From Takakia lepidozioides (Eukaryota; Plantae; Bryophyta), in contig CM060733.1 of assembly GCA_030704615.1 (NCBI GenBank), forward strand, positions 75,578,001 through 75,642,000: DNA of 64,000 nt. The letters run 5' to 3'. Under the pieces are notes generated by a model. The model saw nothing but the letters and a program-made list of their open reading frames with translations. It was not told the DNA's origin and did not search any database. Positions 21,852 through 34,349 of the stretch are shown piece by piece. Position 1 is the stretch's first letter. Every line of letters starts with the position of its first letter. Both the position numbers and the translations under genes were made by a program.

Positions 21852-24620
21852 GTGAATATAGAGTCCACGTCCATGTTCCTGACGTCGAAGTTCTCTGCCG
21901 TGTACCAGGATGAACGTGTTTCTATTCGTAGGGCCATTCAGGCTTGGCGGATACCTAGCAATGATGCTCCTTTACAAGCGACTGCAGTGCGTGCGGAAGT
22001 GGACCACGTGCGAGAGTACATATTATTGAAGTATCCTGGGTCATCTGCTGCTATAGCGACATTACATATTCAAGACGCATCGGGGGGGAATGCGTCTGGG
22101 ACAGCCGAGTCTGCCATCCAGCAGACTCCCATTCAGTAGGCCGTCATCCAGCAGACTCCCGTTCAGCAGCCTGTCATCCAGTAGACTCCCAACGAGCAGC
22201 CTGTCATCCTGCAGACTCCTCTCCAGGAGCCCATCATGCAGCCCATGCCAATGGGAAGTCCTGTCAGACTGCAGACTAGCAGACTGACCAGCAGACTGTC
22301 TTTCTCTCACATAGCACGACGATTTTTGCAGTTTGGCGATCGCCATCACCGGTATTTCAACCCGGAGCTGAAGACCTCACACTTCCCCGGCTTAGGGTGG
22401 GAGAAATTAATCCCCATTTGGATTGGCATAATGAGCTCCACCGGATTGTTGCTGACCGCCGGTGGTCATTTGTACCCTTTCATTATTCCATAGAGTTTTC
22501 TATTGAGGAAGCCAACCATGTTCTAGAAGCCGCCTCTGCTGTTGCCATCCACAAGCGACCAAAATGCGCCGCCTCTATTTGTGCAGCTGATTCTCATGGA
22601 TGACCCATGGCCTGAAGACCTCAGACATATGCTTATGGCTCATCCAACCTTTGGGGTGCGAAGAAAGCACTTGTTCGGATTGACTGAGGAGGACTTTGAG
22701 CGCATGGCAGCTTCCTTCTTACAACACAGATGGATGCAATTTGGCAATTTCCGCTCATACAACAAGTTGATGAAGGATTTGCATAGTTTGAGGATGGACT
22801 TACTCCATGGAACAGACCATTCACAAAAGTTTGTGGTGGATGACGCATTGCACTGGTTTGCATTGGTGATGGAGCGAGCAGTATTCGACATTGTTTTGCA
22901 AAAACCCAATGTCTTCAAAGTCCTGTGGTGTGGGATCCCAACTGAAGACCGCATCGGCGCCATTGCTCATCTCGATGGAGCATGCTTGTGCCGGCAAATC
23001 AAGGACATTGGCCTCGTCGGAAATCTCTTGGAAGGTAAAATGTTATAGGCAACTTTCGTGTTTCAGCTCAATTTCTTTTGCCAACTTTTTTACAAGTTCA
23101 CATTTGCATAAACATGTGTTGCAGGGCGAGTTGATCTAGGAGACAAGCAAGTACAGGCTGCTTTCGACTCTTTTGCCAGAGGTGCAAGGGACCTTGTGCT
23201 GGCTTTACAAGGAGTTCGGGAGACTGTCCAGCAGACTGGCCACAAGAATGTCGAACAACATATTCTCCACGACATATGTGGGCAGACTGCCCAAGTGCTG
23301 GAGACCGAGCATGTGCACCAGACCGTCCCGGGTAATAGGCCGGATCACTCCCATCAGACTGCCCCGCACACACATACTCAGTATGTGCAAATAGTACTGA
23401 GCGGGCACCAAACTTTGCAGACTTTGCAGCAGACCGGAGAACAGACCGACCACCAGACTGCCCCTTAGCCGACTGTGCAGCAGACCAGCAAACATGGCCA
23501 CCAGACTGCCCCTCAGCAAACTGTACAGCAGATCGACGAATCCAGCCAGCAAATTGCCCCTCAGCAGACCGTGCAGCAGACCGACAAATCCAGCCAGCAG
23601 ATTGCCCCTCAGCAGACCGTGCAGCAGACTGACGAATCCAGCCAGCAGATTGCCCCTCAGCAGACTGTGCAGCACACTGACGAACCCACTCAGCAGATGG
23701 CCGAGCAGACTATCCAGGAGACTAACAGCCAGTCTGTTCCCTGTATTGTGCAACAGACTCAGATGCACTGCCCTTACCGGGACCCTGTGGACGAATTTCT
23801 GCTGAGTTCCCAACAACATGTTTTTGGATCTGTCAGTATGAGTGTTTTGACCGAGTCCACTTTTTCCCCAAGCACATTCACTGACAACGTCATCAGGTCA
23901 CCGGTAAAGCATTATTATCCAGCTCCCCGTGGCCTGCCTTCTATTACCTTCCAGGTTAGTCCCGTTTTCGTGCGCTCAGTGGCGAAAGCCATAGATGAGT
24001 CTTACGTGATGACCGAACTCAATCTGGGAACGCAAAACCGTATCATAGATCTTACAGAAGAGTTTGAGGAAGCAATTGCCGATGGGTCTTCCATATATGT
24101 TCTTGATGTTTCCCAAGTTCATGGAGATCCGAACACCCAGCCGGCTGTCCACCAGACTGACCAGCACACTGAACAGTGGACACATGGAAGGACTGCCGAG
24201 CAACCTGTGGCGGGGTAGCATACTGTCTTCATTGATGAGCAGACTGAACCGCAGACTAACCAACAGACTGCACAGGTCACAGATGGAAGGACTGACCAGG
24301 ATGGCTCGGAGCGGCAGACTGCACAGCTCAGCTCTGACTGCAGAGTTCAGATTGTACGGCCTGACCAGCACACTGCACACTTCACAGAGGGAAGGACTGA
24401 CGACCAACCTGCTACCGAGCACATTGCCCACATTGAGGAAGAGATTGAACCGCAGAGTTGCTAGCAGACTACACAGTTCACAGACGAAAGGACTGACGAA
24501 GAACCAGCGGCTGAGCAGACTGCCCACATTGAGCAACAGACTGAACATGCTGGCAGGCACACTGACAAGGAACCACATGCGGCGCAGACACCGTCTGGTA
24601 TAGCGCTGGATTACATGGAG
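21852..24620 (+). pseudogene. Decayed long ORF of unknown family with Gln/Thr-rich 48-nt tandem repeats
   Basis: Successive + strand ORF pieces separated by stops. QQIAPQQTVQQTD(E/K)SS units occur about 4 times at 23470-23700. Confidence 0.45.
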
Positions 24621-24689
24621 TCTGCTCCCTCACCCCTTGGGCAGGTTGTGTCAGAAAAATGTTGCGACCACCCCCCTGCTGGTAGTCGT

Positions 24690-25006
24690 ACTTATTTACT
24701 GATTTAATAGGTAGTAAGTTAGTACGTAGTAAGAGGGGGGGGGGTCCCTTATATAGCCTCTCAGGGCGGTGGGACCCTTCTAGAAGCCCGCCGACCCTGG
24801 GAGCCTTCTAGAAGGCCCTGGACACATGTCAACCCTATAGGACTCCCTATTCTAAATTTAGCCAATTCCTCCATTCTTTTTTTGAACCCCCTCATCTCAT
24901 TCCTTAATACACGTGGCCTTCCTACATAGGCGCCCCACTCTAATTCCTGGGCCATAGTAATTCCTGGACCACTCTAGAATCAGGGCCCGAGTGAAACTGC
25001 TCTACA
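24690..25006 (-). mobile_element. LTR-like fragment inserted in the hairpin array
   Basis: The minus strand starts TGTAGAG like 17802 and shares a TATATAA..CCCCC..TACTAA.TTAC.AC.TATTA block with 18205-18265. Confidence 0.45.
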
Positions 25007-25121
25007 TATTATTCGCACCTATTTAACAAAAAGAAAAATGGTCCGACCACCCCCCTGCTGGTGGTCGCAACTATTTAAAAATAAAAAAAATTGTGACCAC
25101 CCCCTTGCTGGTGGTCACAGA

Positions 25122-25343
25122 TTTTTTTTTTTTTTTTTTTTTGGGGAAACACCTGGGAGCGACAGCTCACAAATCAGGCCTCTTAGTAGTGAGAGGAAAA
25201 AATAACCTCTTTCATTTATGCGCCATGAGGCGTAGGAATGGGGCACCACACACGAACCATACCACACCCATCAAGTAGCAAGATTTGACCCCAGAATCGT
25301 CCGGGTCGCACTCAGTGCACTTAACCAACTGAGCTACTAACTG
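25122..25343 (-). mobile_element. tRNA-derived SINE-like element
   Basis: Minus-strand A box TAGCTCAGTTGG (25336-25325), B-box-like GGGTCAAATCT (25291-25281) and a 21-nt poly(A) at the 3' end (T run 25122-25142). Confidence 0.55.
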
Positions 25344-26082
25344 TTGGTAGATATTAAAAAATCGGAAAATTATGCGACCACCCCCCTGTTGGTGGTCGCA
25401 TCTATGAAAGAAAAAGAAAATAGTGCGACCACACCTCCCTACTGGTGGTCGCACCTATTTAAAAAAAAATCTGCGACCACCCCCCTACTGGTGGTCGCAC
25501 CCATTAAAAAAAAAAAAAAAAATCTGCGACCACCCCTCTGCTGGTGGTCGCACCTATTAAAAAAATAAAAATTTTGCGACCACCCCCCTGCTGGTGGTCG
25601 CACCTAATAAAGAAAAGAAAAAATGATGCGACCACCCCCTGCTGGCGGTCGCAGCTATTACTAGCGTGCGCAGTCATGATGACAGCGCGCGCCCCGAGTG
25701 TGGAGGGGGGGGCTTATAAGGCCTTGGAGGCCATTCTCTCCCTCACTTTTCTCCACACCAGGACTTGGTGGGCGATGGGATGTTGCATTCCTTGTCATTG
25801 AGTCCAAGTGGAGAGGGGTGCTATTGGTTGGGTGGGGGGTATTTTGGGCCATTGGTTTCTACGAAATCGATGTTGAGTACCTCCCGAGAAGCCCTCCTCT
25901 GGCACCCACGTTTTTTTCATTGCACATTGCGTCATATCACTTAGAACTGCGGAGGGAGTGACACGTGCCTCTAGTACTTGGGGAGGATTCATTAGGGAGT
26001 AGGATTAGGTACGATTTAGGAGGGTTGGGAGAGCATTTTTCTTAGCAAACACCTGTCGAGTAGGGGTAAGCCAGAGCCATAA

Positions 26083-27011
26083 ATGGCGGAGGAGGAAGAC
26101 AGAGGAGGTCATCCTAGGAATGACGATAATGAACCTGGACCTCCCAAAAAAAAACTAGAAGGGGCCAGGCGCGAACTTCGTTGGGACATATACAATGACC
26201 CCAACATTCTTACGGAACCAGATTGGGAAGTTTGGAGGTTGGGGCAGCGGTGGTTGCTTGGTGACTGCAGGAAATTTGTGGACTGGTGTCACATAAATCA
26301 TTTGTGGCCCAGAGATAGACATGATCCACAAACCAAACAAAATCAAGCTAGCTTGCATTCCTGCGCAACCCGCATTTCCGCCACAGGGCAGAGGAGGTAC
26401 ATACAACATTGTGGGGTCAACCGCTCGTCAACAACAAAGTCTCGTATTTATTTGCGGCCATGTTGTACACAGAGTTGATTTTATTGTGACCAGTGGATTG
26501 ACAAACTGCCACTGCGAGACAACGTACTAGACTATACATATTCTCTGATATCCCAGACTTGTATATACGTCAGGGGCATGACATCATACGGTTGGATGGA
26601 AACGACGAGGTGGAAGAAGGAGGAAAGGCAGACCAACCTCCAAATTATACGCCGCAACAGCTCTCCACAGCCGGGCCTTCAACGTCTAAGGTGGAGGGGG
26701 GTGAGGTACGCTCTCCGTTGGAGGAACAGTTGGCCGCACATAAACAGCACATCAAGGACCTAAAGGATATTGTTCATTTGCAACGGTGGCAAATAGCGAA
26801 GTTGTTGGAAAGAATGGGGTTGGGGATTCTTGACAGCGTACGCGGTGTGCTTCAGGACCTGAGGCCAATCACCAACGAGCAAGACATATTGGCGCATTTG
26901 AATATGCCACCAATGGACATTGACCGCGTCATCGACGGGGTTGACTCAATCGGGCATGGGAATGAAGTGCAAATGTCTGAACTGGACCCGGCGAGGGTTG
27001 AGGAACACTAG
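26083..27011 (+). pseudogene. Orphan TE-associated ORF, disrupted
   Basis: Good ATG context, PPKKK basic motif, Trp-rich N-terminus and coiled-coil-like LEEQLAAHKQHIKDLKDIVHLQ; broken by a frameshift and stops. Confidence 0.4.
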
Positions 27012-27809
27012 AAGCATTCGTGTCTTTTCCGAATCGACTGCACGTCCAAAACCACTGAGGGAACAACTTTGAGATGTTTGTTACTACTACACAGTCGTAA
27101 CGGATAAATTCACATTTCTAATGGCGGATAGAAGTTGCATCAATGACTCCGCAGTCGGCACAATATTCGCGGCGATTTAATTCAATTACGTATTTTTTTT
27201 TATAAAAAACAACAATTACAAGTGGTTTTAAGCACTAGAGAACGACTCTTAACAACTAGGCATTCATTGCACACCCTATTCAAAAATGGAATTTTTATAA
27301 GTGCTCCACATGGCTCATGACGTGGAATATTTTAATGTATTTTAGGGCTTGTGTGGCTCGTAGAGATTGTTCTAATCGTCGGATGTAAGATGATCTAAGG
27401 GTGGAAGAGTAACTTTGTCCTTTGCCTGAATTTGTCTAAGTGTTGGGAGAGGGATGGAGGCTTGAGAGAGAGACGAACAAGTGATGCGAGAAGGACGAAG
27501 ACCAAATCGAGGTCCATGTCCTGTTGTTGCAAGCGTTTATGGCGTCAAGGGCACATTATGTGCAAATGTGGGCTCTTGGCTCCCCTTTGTACCATGATTT
27601 GGTATTCTTCCTGATGATCACAAGGTTCTTGGGGGAATCAGCTTGGTCTTAGCAACCCATATTTTAATCTCTACCCGCTCAGCTGCACCGTGGTGGTTCT
27701 TACGAACCAATCCCACATTACCTAACTAGAGATACAAGCAGCACGCACAAGAGGTCTTCTTGGGTTCATGGTCAGTCTAATCCGCAATGGGTCATGACAC
27801 AAGGTAGAG

Positions 27810-28665
27810 GACAATGTGGTGAGGGCACCTTCTTCTTCGAGCTATTTCAGCATATTTTGCCGAGATGTAGTGTCGTGGAGTGCGATGCTTGCAGGGTATG
27901 CAAAGCAGGGACGTGGGATGGAGGCTTTGGAGACCTATGAAGTTGCGAAGGGAGAGTTTGATAACATGGCTGAACAAGATGTTGTCTCAAGGAACACGCT
28001 GAATCTCGCAAGATATGGCCAGCATGTGTGCAGGATGAGGGCATTGGAGACATATGAGCAAATGTTGACAAGAGGTGCAGCCTGACCGGGTTACGTTCAT
28101 TTGTGTTTGCAATGCATGTGCAAACTTGGTAAAGGGCAAAGAGGTCCATCGTGACATTGTCAAAGCTGGAACTGTACCAGATGTAACAATACCTCGTCGA
28201 CATGTATGCCAAACGTGGGAGCATTCCCTTGTGGACAAGGAGCGTTTAACAATATGGCTGAGCGAAATGTGGTGTGGTGGAACGTGATGATCGCAGGACA
28301 TGCACAACATGGGCGGGGATTGCGGGTTTTGGAGACCTATGAGCAAATGATGTGGGTCTAGGGGGTGAAGCCCGAGCACATTACGTTTGTTTGCGTTTGT
28401 AGTGCATGTGCGAGCCTGTTGGAGAAGGGCAAAGAGGTCCATGGTTGCATCGTCAAAGCTGGAATTGTGGTAGATGTCATTCTGAACATGAATACCCTTC
28501 TAGATAGGGAGTGTTCAACAATATGGCTGAGCAAAATGTGGTGTCGTGGAAAGTGATGATCGCAGGACATGCACAACAGGGGCGGGGATTGCAGGTTTTG
28601 GAGACCTATGAGCAGTTGATGTGGGAGGAGGTGAAGTCCGACCACATTATGTTCAGAGAGTTCAA
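27810..28665 (+). pseudogene. PLS-class pentatricopeptide-repeat gene fragment
   Basis: RDVVSWSAMLAGYAKQGRGMEAL, QPDRVTFICVCNACA, GKEVH, VDMYAK, FNNMAEQNVVSWKVMIAGHAQQG; many frameshifts. Confidence 0.9.
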
Positions 28666-30897
28666 ATGCCTCTCCACCATGACCTTGCTTAGCTAACCAT
28701 GCCTTGCTGATGTTGTTGTCTTGCACTTGAGCTGTTTTTGGACACTGGCTGGAACATCCACAAGGCGGCTCTGCTCGAGAGAGAAATCAGCTTGAATGCA
28801 GGGGCAGATTTTGAGATCACAATCGCCACTCAGAACGTTGTTCTTTGCACCGGCATGGCATGTCAGCATGCATATCAGCCCAAACTCATTACTCCGTGAG
28901 CCTTCCACTACCGGAGTGTGCCCATTCAAGCCAGATCTTCGAAACGCAGGGATGGAACGGGGTTTTGAAACCAGCATTGCCTAACTGGATACCCAATTCA
29001 GCTCCGCATCCTGGTCCATTAATCTGCTGCACATTGTGAAGTTTTCTGCCCGTTCACCGCAAGTTGAATAAGGAGTATTCTTAAAACACGGGTACTCATA
29101 ATCTGAAAATGGCTCCAGCTTATATTGCTTGAGTGCGAATATGAGTGTTGGTTGCCTTGGCAGCTTTACATCTGGTCCATCCCACTCGATATGATGAGCA
29201 GGTTCAGCTTGACTTCTCTCACACAAAAGAGGTTAGTTGTCTTGGGTCTTGGCAGGGTTTCCCACAACCGCCTTTCATTTTCAGACTGCCAGTCATCAGC
29301 CTCGTTCTCCAATGCTTCACTTTCTTCCCAAGTGAAGTGCTCTCCTCTTTTATGCTTCAACGTCCCTGCATGTGTCTTTTCCTTCATCTCCCGTGGTGCT
29401 TTCGAATGAATGAGCACTGATTTACATCTGTTGGCAACACTTACGGTGTCCCTTTCTTGCATGCCACTGCAGGCCCGCATTGACTTTCTTGGCAGGGAAG
29501 TCTCCTCCTTCTCCCTCATTTTCTGGCTCTGTTGGTGCCCCACTCACCATGCTATCAGGGCTGCATTTATTTTGTGGTGTTGCACCAGCCAAGGGCGATC
29601 TTTCACTGGTCCGATTGTTGGCAACAGCTGATTGGAGTCTTCTTGGCAGAGTCTCCCACGAGCTCCCATCAATTTCAGGCATCAGGTTTTCTACCCTGCC
29701 CTTCCACTTTTCATAAGCGAGGTGCCTGTCTTCCTCCCTTTCACTCTTCAGCGTCTCAGGCAGATTTTTCTTCATGCGATTGCTGCTCCCATACTTCCAG
29801 TCATTGTTTAATTTTCTCCAGCCATCACCCTCAGATTTGACAAGGTATTGCTACCCTTCATTGTGTCTTTCCTCACTCCCAGCTGCTGGTTTTATCCCAA
29901 ATTCACCTCTCATCCTTGCCTGGGGTTTTGCTTGCCAAACAGCCCTTGTGTGGGGAACTTCAACGAAAGGCAACATCTCATTCTCAGCTCCTGTCTTTGT
30001 ACCTCTTTGCAGCAGTCCAGCCTCAGGTGCCTCATTTTCTGATTGCTGGGTTGCATTCTTCGCCGCCAACCTTTGACAAGAAAGTGTGCTCCATCTTCCT
30101 CATCTCCTACTGGTTCCCTTGATGCTTCACCTCGTATGTCTTCCTCCTCATGTTTTAGCAGCAGCTCCCATGCTTGAATTGCTACTTTTCCTCGTAGTTG
30201 ATCTTGTGCTTTTCCTTTTTCTCCGTAGCCTAATCAACAGTTTTGTCTTGGCAGCTCCCTTGCCATGAGTGCCTTGTCTCACTGCATCTCCCTTGGCTGC
30301 CCACCATCCGTGGAGTCTTTCTTGCACTATTCTGACCCTCGTTGGCATGCACTTTGCTGCGATGCCCCACATGTATTTGCTGCTCCCTTTAATCATCAAC
30401 ATAGTGCTCCAGAGCCAGTTCCTCATTGTTGACCAGTTGACCTTCTCAGCCCTTGGACCCCATTTTCCCTTCTCCCATGTGCCTCGTCTTTCTGCTTCAT
30501 CGTTTGCTTTACTTGCACGATGTTGCTTCTTCCCTACAGCTCATCATGTGTTGTGGCTCTTTCCCATGTTGCACTCACTCCCATCAAACGTTGTGCAATT
30601 GATAAGACTGAGATGAGTTGATGCAGGATAGGGGGAGGGCTTGCTGGTGTATGTTGTCCGATAGGCCCCACGCACAGAGTTAAAGCTGGAAGTCAGCCTT
30701 GCAAGGACCCAAGTGAGAGAAGTCTGGTGGGGGTAGCATCTTGGGGGATGGCAGTTAGGGCAATGTGTGTCTAGGGCAATATATGTCATAGCAGCGGGTG
30801 ATGTGCTGCCAATTTTGAGGATAGAGACAGCCTGTAAGCTGTAGATTTGTATAAGTGGTTTCTTCTTACACATATTGCTCCCAGTTTGCCACAACCA

Positions 30898-31045
30898 GTT
30901 GTTTGCGTTTGTAGTGCATGTGCGAGCCTGCTGGGGAAGGGCAAAGAGGTCCATGGTTGCATCGTCAAAGCTGGAATTGTGGCAGATGTCATTCTGAACA
31001 ATACCCTTGTGGACAGGGAGTGTTCAACAATATGGCTGAGCGAAG
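30898..31045 (+). pseudogene. PPR fragment, duplicate of about 28388-28530
   Basis: VCVCSACASLLGKGKEVHGCIVKAGIVADVILNNTLVD. Confidence 0.85.
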
Positions 31046-31059
31046 GATAGAGTATAATG

Positions 31060-31958
31060 ACTGCTAATGAAGGCACCTTCTTCAATTTCACCTTGTTTTC
31101 CCCTCTTATCAGAATCGCCCCTAATTATTCATGTCTGAATTCTGCAAGTTAGTTGTGCAATTGAGCGTAGGAACTAGTGTGATAAGTTGAGTTGGGTGCT
31201 TCCTAGAACAAGTCTAGGCTGTCATCGTCAACTGCTAGCAACAAGGCAAGGTTGTATGCATGATTCGTGCGAGGCATGGATAGTTGAAGGAGCAAGGATA
31301 GAGTGTGGGTGCAGATTCACCCAAGAGGGCCAGACTTCAACCTCCAGATTAACTATGAAGCTACAAGAAACCTGCATGGGTAGATGGTCAACTGGCAGCA
31401 ACGGCACAATTGATAAAATCAGACATTGTTAATGAAGGCATCTTCTTCAGCACATTTCACCCTGTTTTTCCCTCTTATTAGAATCGGTCCAAAATTTCCA
31501 TGTTGAATTATGCAAGTTAATTGGTTGAGTGAATCTAGTTTGGAGTGACTTTGACATGATACTGCTATGTGACAATAGGAAAATATCAAAAAACAAGTAA
31601 CAGACATGAGGAGAAGTTGTGGAATGAATACTTTTCTGCCCCCAGTCAATGATGGGACAACTGAGGCAAAAAGGTGAATGCCTGCTACATTTCAGAGAGT
31701 AGCAGACGCAATTGAGCATAGGAACTAGTGTGATAAGCTGAGTTGGGTGTTTCCTAGAACAAATGTAGGTTGTCATTGTCAGCTACTAGCAGCAAGGCAA
31801 GGATGAATGCATGATTTGTGCAGGGGCATGGATAGCTGAAGGAGCAGGGATAGAGTGTGGTCCAGATTCATCCTAGAGGGCCAAATTTCAAGCACAAGAT
31901 TTACCTATGATTCCTTGTGGATCAATAACTACAAGAAACCTCCATGGGTAGATGGTCT
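31060..31958 (+). repeat. ~550-bp repeat, about 1.6 tandem units
   Basis: AGGAACTAGTGTGATAAG recurs at about 31169 and 31720. Confidence 0.85.
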
Positions 31959-33366
31959 ATTCCGTGGAACTCACTGATGTCTTGCATTATGAGGATCAAA
32001 ACTGCTTGACTTGCACAAGGCCTTGACCCTTAGGCAATCCCCAGAGCAGCAGTAGCTTTTGGGCTGCTTTTTTACTTTGTGTTTTTTATTTTGTCCCATA
32101 AGCTCTTTGAGCTTTCCGCAGATGTAATAAAGTACCATTTTGTTTCATTTCATTCATTTTCATTTCATTTTGTTTCATGGCATGTCTTTCATCGTTTGTG
32201 CATTTCTAATGCATGATTAGTTCTCTTGTATGGCATTACTAGTCGACTCACTACAAACACCAAAACTCCAAAGCATGAATCACTATGAATGATTGTTCAA
32301 GTAATTTCGAGCACTTCATGTAAAGTAGTAAAGCAGTGGTTGCGCCAACTTCCGCAGTCGCAATTGCCACTGGGCATGTAGCACTGTAAGTTATGTGGTC
32401 TACTACCACGTGGCGCCCCGGGCCCGTGGCAGCAGTGGTGCTCGTCGTGGCGCCGCCACGTCGGCATCCACATCGTCGTCCATGTCCGCGTCCATGTGTC
32501 ACCGCGCTTCAGTGAGTCGGTCCACTCATCCGGAGGGAAAAGTCAAAGTCAGCCCAAAAGGTCAGACACACGGGCGGCCCGCCTGGTTACGCCACGTGGT
32601 TCTTCAGCTGCCCATATCGGAAGTGTGGGATTGTTCGTGACGGTATGTCTGGGCGTTGATTGTCCTGTAGGTCTTATGGCCCATAAATGAAGGCGGGTGA
32701 ATTTTTCCCCCTCCTCAAGAACCTGTGGTTTCCTTTAAGATTTTTTTTTTAATTTTTAAAAAAAAAGAAAAAAAAAGGCTTTTAGGGTTTACAAAAAGGT
32801 TAAAAAACTTAAAAAGTTGCCCATCACGTAGCAGTGAACAGACTTAGAGCGAGCGGGAGGGAGAGAGAGAGAGGGCTGGGACTTAGAACGAGCGAACGGG
32901 AGGGAGGGCAAACATGCATGGGAGGCCCGCAGTTGGAGCAACCTTCGCATCTGAAGCAAGCGTCCTAGAAATGCTAGGGTATGTGTCCGAGGAGGTTTCG
33001 ACTGGGAACTCGCAGTTCTTGGGAGATTCAGCTTGGTCTTAGCAGGCCGTGTTTCAATCTCTACCCGCTCAGCTGCACCGTGGTGGTTCTGACAGACAAA
33101 TCCGACATTACCTGACTACAGACACAAGCAGCACACACAAGAGGTCTGGGTTCATGGTCAGTCAAATCCTCCATGGGTCATGACACAAGGTTAGGGTTTA
33201 GGGTCAAGAGAGGCTACCTTCGCTCCATTGTTGTAGTGGAGGTTGCTCCTCACAGCCACGTTGAAAAATTTGAGTACAGACATTTGTTGATGTGTAATTC
33301 CTCTGGCAAACTGCTTGCAAGGTTTGTGACCCAAGGATGAAAATGTGGTATGCTTGGTTGGCGCAG

Positions 33367-34349
33367 TGCAACATCAAGTGGTTTTGAGAGTATGATAATA
33401 TGACGGATCTTGGCGGGGATTGGTATTGGAATTTCATCTGGCGTAGTGCCCCTGTACATATCAGAGGTAAGGCTTTGTTCTCGTCTCCTTCCCAACTTTC
33501 ACTAGTGTCTACGAGAGCAGTGTTAGAAAATGGTTTTGTTGCATGGCTTAACCTCTATCATAGAGCCAAACGCAGTCAGTAACTTTATGCTTGAGATCAA
33601 TGCTGCTCAGTAATCCTGAGCTTTTTAAGTAGTTAACCACATCATAGTAAACTATGAAGAGAACCATGTGACACCCTATGGTACCTTGCAAAGTTGCTTG
33701 GGATATTTGTTGTTGCACCTCATATCCATGACATTGGAGCACAAGGCTGAGAAAGGGAGCATTGGGGTGGCAATGGAAGGTGTCTCCTACAGAGATCCGT
33801 GGTACACTGGGAACAGTGAACTAACTTTCCATCTGTGTGGGCATTCTGATGGCTCTTATTGTGGGGCTTCCCCTGAGTGGCAACCCCGCCTGGTACTGAC
33901 TGGACACTGATGTGTTTGTGGACAGATGAAATATTCAAAGAACATGTGCAGCATGATTTGTTTCTGTATTTTAGTCTTTCTTGTCTTGAAGGTGAAGGGT
34001 TGCTTTAGGCCTTCCAGTCATATAGAGGCACATGACATTTGGTCCAGTTAGTTGGAAGGCATAGTATCTGTACTGCGCATTTGTGGTGGCCAAAATGGTC
34101 CTTTGAGTGAGTGCAAGGTAGACAATACTGGTGCTGGGTAAATGGTTGGTACATTGTTTCGCAAATTGAACATGTATTCAATCAAAGTTAATTGGATGCC
34201 ACTGTGAGACGTTGCCTTGTATGGAAATGGAGTCAGATTCTTTCTTTGGGGTGATAAAACAGGTGGCGTAGCATGTTTGTATTGGCTGCAGTGTCCTCCT
34301 TTGTTTGGGCATGGCATACACTCCAGAAAGCCCACGTTGGCTATGCAAG
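33367..34349 (+). pseudogene. Three-exon fragment of a plastidic glucose transporter (pGlcT-like MFS sugar porter) with introns retained
   Basis: Exons 33367-33466 (ATSSGFESMII*RILAGIGIGISSGVVPLYISE), 33780-33892 (VSPTEIRGTLGTVN*LSICVGILMALIVGLPLSGNPAW) and about 34263-34349 (WRSMF../GMAYTPESPRWLCK), each with AG/GT borders; two stops and one frameshift. Confidence 0.88.

Larger units (their letters stand above)
18470..24660 (+). mobile_element. Putative transposon of unknown superfamily, saturated with CAGTCYG/CAGACT motifs and carrying decayed ORFs
   Basis: GC-rich left end; motif clusters at 18630-18805, 19680-19930, 21580-21845, 22110-22300, 23220-23760 and 24140-24560; interrupted + strand ORFs. 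No transposase seen. Confidence 0.45.
24663..25655. repeat. Array of 9 hairpin units TGCGACCACC-N7/9-GGTGGTCGCA with A-tract spacers
   Basis: Units start at 24663, 25042, 25092, 25373, 25424, 25472, 25525, 25575 and 25627; period 48-53 bp where uninterrupted. Confidence 0.9.

Noticed and set aside
25270-25343. Functional tRNA gene
   Set aside because: No convincing acceptor stem or cloverleaf; the B box is degenerate.
24663-25655. CRISPR array
   Set aside because: Spacers are low-complexity A tracts rather than unique sequences; no cas genes.
32780-33203. Interstitial telomere array
   Set aside because: Only one or two TTTAGGG units at each site.
27230-33240. CACTA ends at about 27233, 32249 and 33238 as partners of 36931
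   Set aside because: Only 5-10 bp matches, with no matching 3-bp TSD and no subterminal repeats.
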